A stretch of DNA of 64,000 nucleotides from Bdellovibrionota bacterium. GTDB lineage: Bacteria > Bdellovibrionota_G > JALEGL01 > DATDPG01. A model generated the notes under the pieces. That model was not told the origin of the DNA, searched no databases, and saw only the letters and a program-made list of their open reading frames with translations. A program made the translations under genes and the position numbers. The first letter of the stretch is position 1. Every line of letters begins with the position of its first letter. Shown piece by piece: positions 57,769 through 64,000 of the stretch. The stretch lies in assembly GCA_963668355.1 (NCBI GenBank), contig OY764265.1:2592001-2656000 (forward strand), written 5' to 3'.

Positions 57769-58808
57769 ATGGAAAAAATGAAAGCCGCGATGTTTACGGA
57801 ACTGGGGATGTTCGGCTCGAAGAAGTCGAGATTCCCGAAATTTCATCCTCGGAAGTCTTGGTTAAGGTTGGCTCCGCACTTACTTGCGGGTCCGATTTTA
57901 AGGCTTTTCGTCAAGGCCATCCCGTCATGTTGGGGGATCACTACCCCTCTCCTTTTGGACATGAGGTGGCCGGAACCATTGTCAAAGTCGGAGCTCACGT
58001 TCCGGAATTCAAACCGGGAATGCGCGTCGTGGCTGCCAACTCGGCTCCTTGTGACAACTGTGCCTATTGTCTCTCGGGTCGACCCAATCTTTGTGATCAT
58101 ATGAAGCTCCTCAACGGAGCCTATGCTGAATACATTCGCATTCCGGAGCAAATCGTCAAACACAATCTCTATGAAATTCCGGACCATCTTTCTTTCCAAG
58201 CGGCTGCTCTGTCAGAACCCTTAGCCTGCGCTGTTCACGCCTTTGAACGATTGGGGATTCAAAAAGATCAATCGGCCATCATTCTCGGTTGTGGAATCAT
58301 GGGCCTTCTTTTTTCCGAGGTCGCTCGCCACAGAGGAACGCATCTGATTGCCGTGGGGCGAAACGAAGAAAAACTTTCCCGTGCCCGAAGATTCGGCTTG
58401 GAAAAGGTTATTGATGTTCGGGGACTGGCCGATCCAATCCATACCATTCGATCCTTCACCCCAGAAGGAATTGGAGCCGACTACGTCGTAGAAGCCATTG
58501 GAAAGCCGGAAACATGGGAACAAGCGTTTCAGCTCGTTCGAAAAGGGGGCACCGTTTGCCTCTTTGGCGGTTGCAAAAAGGGTTCAACGTTTTCTTTGGA
58601 TACGCATCAAATCCATTATCAAGAAGTAGCCGTGAGAGGCGTGTTTCATCACACCCCAGAACACTTCGCAACGGCATTACGTTACCTTGCGGAGAATATT
58701 GTCCAATCGAAACATTACATCACCGAGACCGTACAATTGAAGGATCTCCCAGAGTACTTTAGTGAAACTGCTCATGGCAGCCCGTTTAAAGCGGCTGTGA
58801 CTCCTTAG
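57769..58808 (+). pseudogene. Second Zn-dependent dehydrogenase, split by a 1-nt frameshift at about 57795 (pseudogene or sequencing error)
   Basis: MEKMKAAMF in the ATG frame continues as YGTGDVRLEEVEIPEI..VLVKV..CGSD..GHE in another frame; the junction is ATG TTT ACG, where TTTT would restore the frame. Confidence 0.8.
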
Positions 58809-58817
58809 GAGAATGTA

Positions 58818-59855
58818 ATGAAGGACCGAGAAATCATTGCCGATCTTCGCAGTGACACCATCACTCACCCCACCCCTGCCATGAAGTCGGCCATGTTTGA
58901 GGCCCCTTTGGGGGATGATGTCCTGGGAGACGAACCCACGGTCATCCGACTTCAAGAAAAGGTGGCCGCCCTCCTACAAAAAGATGCAGCCCTTTTTGTC
59001 CCTTCGGGAACCATGGCCAACCAGTTGGCCGTTCGTTCTCAAACTGAGCCCGGAGATGAAATCATTACCGAAACGGGGAGCCATACGTTTTTGTATGAAA
59101 CGGGTGCCCTAGCAGCTCTGTGCGGAGTTCAACCCCATTTAATTGATGGAAAACGAGGACTGATCGGGCCTGAAGAAATTGAGCCAGCCATTCGAGAGAA
59201 AAACTGTCATTTCCCCATGTCCAAACTCATCATTTTAGAAAATACCCATAACCATGGGGGCGGAACGGTTTACCCCTTACCTCTTCTAAAGGAAGTAAAA
59301 GACTTGGCCATTTCCAGGGGATTAAAGATTCACATGGATGGAGCCCGCCTCTGGAATGCATCCGTGGCATCGGGACACGCCCCGAGCGAATTCTCAAAAT
59401 ATTGCGACACGGTCAGCGTGTGTCTTTCCAAAGGATTGGGGGCACCGGTGGGGTCTCTTCTGGTGGGGAACCGAGACACCATTCAACGAGCCCATCGTTT
59501 TCGAAAAATGTTCGGAGGCGGCATGAGACAGTCGGGCCTCTTGGCTGCCGCAGGCATTTATGCGCTGGATAATCATGTGGAACGTTTGGCTCAAGATCAT
59601 GAGAACGCAAAGTTTCTCGCAAAAGAGTTAGAACGTATCCCTGAAATTGAAATCGATGTGGATCAGGTGGAAACCAATCTGGTTTATTTTAGATGTACAT
59701 CCAAAACGGCTCCAGAGTTTGAACATCTACTGGAGTCTCGGGGCGTTCGAGTTTTGGCAGAAAGCAAGAGCCTGGTTCGAGCCGTCACGCACTTAGATGT
59801 AACAAAACATCAAATCGAACAGGCGCTCGAGATTTTTCAGGAGGTGCTCAAATGA
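58818..59855 (+). CDS. ltaE: Low-specificity L-threonine aldolase
   Basis: DLRSDT, PSGTMANQ, LENTHN, HMDGARLWNA, SKGLGAPVGS. Confidence 0.95.
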   Translation: MKDREIIADLRSDTITHPTPAMKSAMFEAPLGDDVLGDEPTVIRLQEKVAALLQKDAALFVPSGTMANQLAVRSQTEPGDEIITETGSHTFLYETGALAALCGVQPHLIDGKRGLIGPEEIEPAIREKNCHFPMSKLIILENTHNHGGGTVYPLPLLKEVKDLAISRGLKIHMDGARLWNASVASGHAPSEFSKYCDTVSVCLSKGLGAPVGSLLVGNRDTIQRAHRFRKMFGGGMRQSGLLAAAGIYALDNHVERLAQDHENAKFLAKELERIPEIEIDVDQVETNLVYFRCTSKTAPEFEHLLESRGVRVLAESKSLVRAVTHLDVTKHQIEQALEIFQEVLK

Positions 59856-60361
59856 AACAAATACTTTGCTTTACGGTCCTCTTCTCGTTTCCGTTTTTGG
59901 CCTTTGCTCTTCCTGAGGAACTTCCGAAGGATTTAAATCCCGAAGTCAAAAAATCCATTCAAACATCCGGGCAAGATCTTTTGGCTGTTGAAGACTGTCC
60001 CTTTCTTCTTCAAGTGTATGACCCTCGGGACATGAACGTGACACAACTCGGATTGTGTTTCTACACGGAAGAGAAAACGGTCGGAATTTACAAACAAATC
60101 GCCTGTGTGGGCGCTTTGGTGGAACCTCTTTCAGGCGTCAAAAGCCCCTTCTACGGAAAGAAGGGACATTGGGGGACGGAAAAAGAATGCACCAAAGACC
60201 GGTTAATTTCCAAAATTACTGAAAAGGAAACCGACACGACCCTCAACCCCATCACGGATCTACGAATGAAAGTTGGAGAAGGTCGTCGCATTCGGCTACT
60301 CCGGGACCAATTTGGGATTTGGCCTGCGGTCAAAAAACAAATATTCAAAAAAACAAAGTAA
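59852..60361 (+). CDS. Hypothetical secreted protein
   Basis: Signal peptide ending AFA, four mature Cys; ATGA overlap with ltaE. Confidence 0.7.
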   Translation: MKQILCFTVLFSFPFLAFALPEELPKDLNPEVKKSIQTSGQDLLAVEDCPFLLQVYDPRDMNVTQLGLCFYTEEKTVGIYKQIACVGALVEPLSGVKSPFYGKKGHWGTEKECTKDRLISKITEKETDTTLNPITDLRMKVGEGRRIRLLRDQFGIWPAVKKQIFKKTK

Positions 60362-60390
60362 TCTTCCAGAGGCCTTTGACCTATGGGCTT

Positions 60391-61785
60391 TTAGGCTTTA
60401 TCCGGCTCCGTCATACGCATCGGATTGAGAGCCTCGTCCAGCTCTTCGTCTGATAAGACTTTTTGTTCTTTGGCCAATTCTCGAACGGTTTTTCCCGTTT
60501 CAAAGGCTTTTTTGGCAATCGCAGCAGCCGAATCATATCCGATCTTGGGCGCCAAAGACGTAACCATGGCCAAACTTCCTTCGATCATCGATGCACATTT
60601 TTCGGCATCGGCTTCCATTCCTTCCAAACATGCCTTAACAAAATTATCGGCCCCGTTGGCCAGGAGCTGTGTGGATTCCAACACATTATGTGTCATCACC
60701 GGCATCATCACGTTCAGCTCAAAATTCCCCGCTTGGCCACCGATGGTTACCGCCACGTCATTTCCAATGACTTGCGCGCAGATCATGAGAATCGACTCCG
60801 AGATAACCGGATTCACCTTTCCCGGCATAATGGAGGAGCCCGGTTGCGTCGCTGGAAGTTTCAATTCTCCCAACCCACAACGCGGCCCGGATCCCATCCA
60901 TCGAATATCATTGGCCACCTTGGTGAAGGCAACGGCGCAGGTTTTTAACGCCCCACTGGCTTCCACAACGGCATCCTTGGCCGCTTGTGCTGCGAAGTGA
61001 TTTGGAGCTTCCTTAAACGAAATTTGCGTTCGCTTGGCGATCTTGGCAATCACGTCCGAGGCGAACCCCTCCGGACAATTCAATCCCGTTCCGACAGCCG
61101 TTCCCCCCAACGCCAGCTCTTCCAATGCAGGAAAAGTTCGCTTAACGCGATCGATGGATTGCTGAATCTGGGCAGCAAACCCAGAAAAGACCTGACCTAA
61201 ACGAATGGGCGTAGCATCCTGCAAATGCGTTCGTCCGATCTTCACAATGGAATCATATTCTTTAGCTTTGGCGCTTAGGCCTTTTTCCAATTTGGTTAAA
61301 GCTGGAAGCAAATCTGTTTCCAATGCTTTTCTAAGCGAAATATGCATGGCCGTCGGAATGACATCGTTGGAAGACTGACTTCGATTGACGTGATCATTCG
61401 GATGGACTTCCTTTGAGCCAAGCTTAAATCCCAAAATTTCACTTGCCCGATTGGCAATCACTTCATTGGTGTTCATGTTGGTGGACGTTCCACTGCCCGT
61501 TTGAAAAATATCCACGACATATTGAGAGTCCCATTTTCCTTCGGACACTTCTGTGGCGGCTTGAATGATCGCATCCGCAATCTTTCCATCCACATATCCC
61601 CGCTCCTTATTGGTTTCCGCAGCGGCTCGTTTGATCTCGGCCATCGCTTCAATAAAGCGTCGGGAAAAGCGCAATTGGCTAATTGGAAAGTTTTCGACCG
61701 CACGCTGAGTTTGCGCACCGTAGTACGCGTCCTCAGGAACGTTCATTTCACCCATGGAATCTTTTTCAACTCGAAATTTTGTCAT
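60391..61785 (-). CDS. fumC: Fumarate hydratase class II
   Basis: FQTGSGTSTNMN, HPNDHVN, GRTHLQDATP, GSSIMPGKVNP. Confidence 0.96.
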   Translation of the reverse strand: MTKFRVEKDSMGEMNVPEDAYYGAQTQRAVENFPISQLRFSRRFIEAMAEIKRAAAETNKERGYVDGKIADAIIQAATEVSEGKWDSQYVVDIFQTGSGTSTNMNTNEVIANRASEILGFKLGSKEVHPNDHVNRSQSSNDVIPTAMHISLRKALETDLLPALTKLEKGLSAKAKEYDSIVKIGRTHLQDATPIRLGQVFSGFAAQIQQSIDRVKRTFPALEELALGGTAVGTGLNCPEGFASDVIAKIAKRTQISFKEAPNHFAAQAAKDAVVEASGALKTCAVAFTKVANDIRWMGSGPRCGLGELKLPATQPGSSIMPGKVNPVISESILMICAQVIGNDVAVTIGGQAGNFELNVMMPVMTHNVLESTQLLANGADNFVKACLEGMEADAEKCASMIEGSLAMVTSLAPKIGYDSAAAIAKKAFETGKTVRELAKEQKVLSDEELDEALNPMRMTEPDKA

Positions 61786-61875
61786 CACCCGCGCATCCTA
61801 GCCCGAATGAGAAATTTCGCAATAAACTCAAACAGCCACGCCCAGGTTATTTTGGGACCGGCGCGAAGAAAGCGG

Positions 61876-62388
61876 CTACATCAATTCCCAATACAGATCG
61901 AGACTCGTGTTTGTCGCTTCATTTCCCGTTCGGAAGCCGGCTTTGACCTTATCTCCAATTTTGATGGGCTTCCGGTCAATGAGCCAACTTTTCACAATGC
62001 TGGTCACGCCTTCGAGTTTGACATCCACCTGGTAGTAAGGGCATTCAATTTCCAGTCCTTGTCCCCCACGTTCCACATACGTGTAGGAATAAATGTACCC
62101 CGTGGGATTCTTCAACTCCTCCCATTCCATAGGGGCATGGCAGTCCGGGCAATCCGCTCGAGGAGGAACCCAGAGCTCACCCTTTCCTTGAGAGATCGGA
62201 CATTGGGGATTCACACATTTGGTACCCATTAGCTTTCCCTGCGTTAAACCGACAAAGTACGGGGTAAGGAGGCCATACGTATGATAATGCGTGCCCTCTT
62301 CACCGAAACGAGGCATTTCAATCACCCACGCACGTCCATCTTCTGAAAATTTGGTTGGGGTTGTATTGAGTTTTACGCGATCTGACAT
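61876..62388 (-). CDS. Zn-ribbon + OB-fold (DUF35) protein
   Basis: CxxxxC..PPRADCPDC Zn ribbon, GYIYSYT, OB-fold C-terminus; directly downstream of the thiolase-like gene. Confidence 0.88.
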   Translation of the reverse strand: MSDRVKLNTTPTKFSEDGRAWVIEMPRFGEEGTHYHTYGLLTPYFVGLTQGKLMGTKCVNPQCPISQGKGELWVPPRADCPDCHAPMEWEELKNPTGYIYSYTYVERGGQGLEIECPYYQVDVKLEGVTSIVKSWLIDRKPIKIGDKVKAGFRTGNEATNTSLDLYWELM

Positions 62389-62403
62389 GATTCCATCCCT
62401 TCC

Positions 62404-63801
62404 CTAAGCATTCTCTAGAACTGCACACGTTACGTGACTTCCCACACCTGCATGAGAAATCGCCAATCCCCGTTTGGGATCCTTCACCTGTAGACTTTTC
62501 CAATCTTCCGGTTTCTTCTTTCCGTACCGTTCCCAAAGTTTGGGATCTCCGTGAAATTGGTCATATTTTCCTTGGAGCTGCCAGAATACTTCATTGCACT
62601 GGAAAATCCCCGTTGCACCCACAGCATGCATCGTTCCCAGGAGTCCACCCGACAAATTCGAAGGACATTTCCCTTGTTTTCCTGTTTTGGGGTTCTGGAG
62701 ATAACATTCTCCCGAAGTAATATAGTCTTGTTCTCTTCCGTAAAGCGTCAATCCAACATCTCCGTAGGTCTGGAGATCCGAAATCGTAAAGGCATCATGG
62801 GTTTCCACCAGGTCCAAGTCTTCCAATGGATTTTGGATGCCCGCCATCCGATACGCCATATAGGCCGCAAATCGCGTGGCTCCAAAGCTTTCAAAGCCCG
62901 GCCAGCGTCCGTCATTCTTTTTCATTTCTGCATAGAGTTCTTTGTAATCCTCTTCCGTTTCATGAGGCAGAAGAGGAATCTCCATATGCCGGCGATCTCC
63001 GGTTCGTAAGGTGTCCGATCCTCCAGCAATATAAAGTTTCACGGGATGATCGGTGAGTTGATAGGCCACCTCCTCCGAGCAGAGCAGCATGGCTGCGGAC
63101 CCTACACTCATGCAGCAACATTCCAGAAAACGAAGGGGGTCTGAAACAATGGCCCCTTCCAAAACTTCTTCAATCGTGTGTTTTCCAGCTTGTTGGGCGT
63201 ATGGCGATTGGGTCGCGTATCCGCGATTTTTTACCGCGATTTCAGCCCGAACACGTTCATCCACGTTATACATTTCCTGAAACCGTCGAGCCATGGGGGC
63301 ATAATAACTGGCGTAGTTTCGTGCAAGCCGTGTCTCGAAATCTTTGCATGCCGCCGTCGCAATATAATAGTTACCGGTCCAGGTTTTGACCTCGTCCATT
63401 CGTTCCCACCCCAGAACCAGCGTACAATCCGAATATCCGCTGGCAATGGTGTTCGCCCCCATCAAAGTCGTATAACCACCCGTGGCTCCGCCGGTCTTCA
63501 CCCCGACATTGGGCAAGGGTTGAAGGCCTAAATAGTCATGAACTTTGGCTTCACAGAGAAGCTGATCTTGGAAGTGGTCGGCGAATTCCCCGTAGGTCGC
63601 CATATTGATCAATCCCTTGACCTCTTGGGGATCTTTCTTGAGCTGGTTTTCTTCCAAAAGCATTCGGAAGGCCATCATTGTCAGCTCTTCCAGTTTCTTT
63701 TCGGGGTATCTTTTTCGAAAATCGCTTTGTCCTGCAGCCACCATGTAAACGGGGCGACTCCACTTGGGAACGCGCAAATTGCCTTTTCCAAATTTGATCA
63801 T
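62404..63801 (-). CDS. SCP2/thiolase-fold protein lacking the usual catalytic Cys
   Basis: AEIAVKN, ETHDAFT, NLSGGLLGTMHAVGATG; KTGGATGG at the CxS/TG position; start ATG 63801 with AAGGAAGAGG RBS. Confidence 0.88.
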   Translation of the reverse strand: MIKFGKGNLRVPKWSRPVYMVAAGQSDFRKRYPEKKLEELTMMAFRMLLEENQLKKDPQEVKGLINMATYGEFADHFQDQLLCEAKVHDYLGLQPLPNVGVKTGGATGGYTTLMGANTIASGYSDCTLVLGWERMDEVKTWTGNYYIATAACKDFETRLARNYASYYAPMARRFQEMYNVDERVRAEIAVKNRGYATQSPYAQQAGKHTIEEVLEGAIVSDPLRFLECCCMSVGSAAMLLCSEEVAYQLTDHPVKLYIAGGSDTLRTGDRRHMEIPLLPHETEEDYKELYAEMKKNDGRWPGFESFGATRFAAYMAYRMAGIQNPLEDLDLVETHDAFTISDLQTYGDVGLTLYGREQDYITSGECYLQNPKTGKQGKCPSNLSGGLLGTMHAVGATGIFQCNEVFWQLQGKYDQFHGDPKLWERYGKKKPEDWKSLQVKDPKRGLAISHAGVGSHVTCAVLENA

Positions 63802-64000
63802 CGACCTCTTCCTTTTTGGGGTTACCAGTTCAGTTTCGAGTCTTCTCGCATTTATACCTTGCACGACCCCATTGGCCCAGAAGTTAGGCCACCTGAGATA
63901 AAGAAAACCTTTAAATGAGAGTTGTATATTTAAATTCAGGTTTTTAGGACATGAATCTAGAATTTACTTTAGATTGAAAACGAGACCTGGCAGACCCTCA

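Noticed and set aside
8063..62404. KOPS (GGGNAGGG) polarity converging on dif
   Set aside because: A non-exhaustive scan by eye found four minus-strand copies right of dif (33941, 41080, 54308, 62397) but mixed orientation on the left (plus: 8063, 8724, 16460, 26119; minus: 13377, 18239, 27925). Too few to be evidence without a genome-wide count.
1..64000. tRNA, rRNA, riboswitch, transposase or prophage genes
   Set aside because: None was recognisable by eye and intergenic gaps are short. A covariance-model search (tRNAscan-SE, Infernal/Rfam) would be needed to exclude small ncRNAs in 28628-29071 and 38835-39082.

Overview
A gene-dense chromosomal window (roughly mid-range GC), probably from a Bdellovibrionota/Myxococcota-like deltaproteobacterium; this is inferred from gene content (DUF4388-J-like-TPR proteins, FHA/Ser-Thr kinase signalling, a PHA-system-like protein, orphan secreted proteins). 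It contains the 3' part of a complex I operon in which nuoD is followed directly by nuoHIJKLMN, a 63%-lysine H1-like protein, housekeeping genes (cca, trmB, pcm, ddl, nadBC, ino1, lipA, a 2-oxoacid dehydrogenase operon, ltaE, fumC), a bacterial SLC12/CCC transporter, an FHA/cNMP/kinase/GGDEF signalling block and a Cys-less thiolase-fold/DUF35 pair. The most unusual segment is 27.3-29.8 kb. It holds a canonical XerC/D dif site (28988-29015), a perfect 32-bp palindrome about 280 bp away that reads both as a symmetric 11-6-11 Xer-like site and as two inverted DnaA boxes, a 145-bp diverged duplication of a gene 3' end, and an unannotated 58-aa ORF coupled to a nucleotidyltransferase (toxin-antitoxin-like). 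I saw no rRNA, tRNA, CRISPR array, transposase or integrase. All protein calls come from motif recognition by eye, not from database searches.
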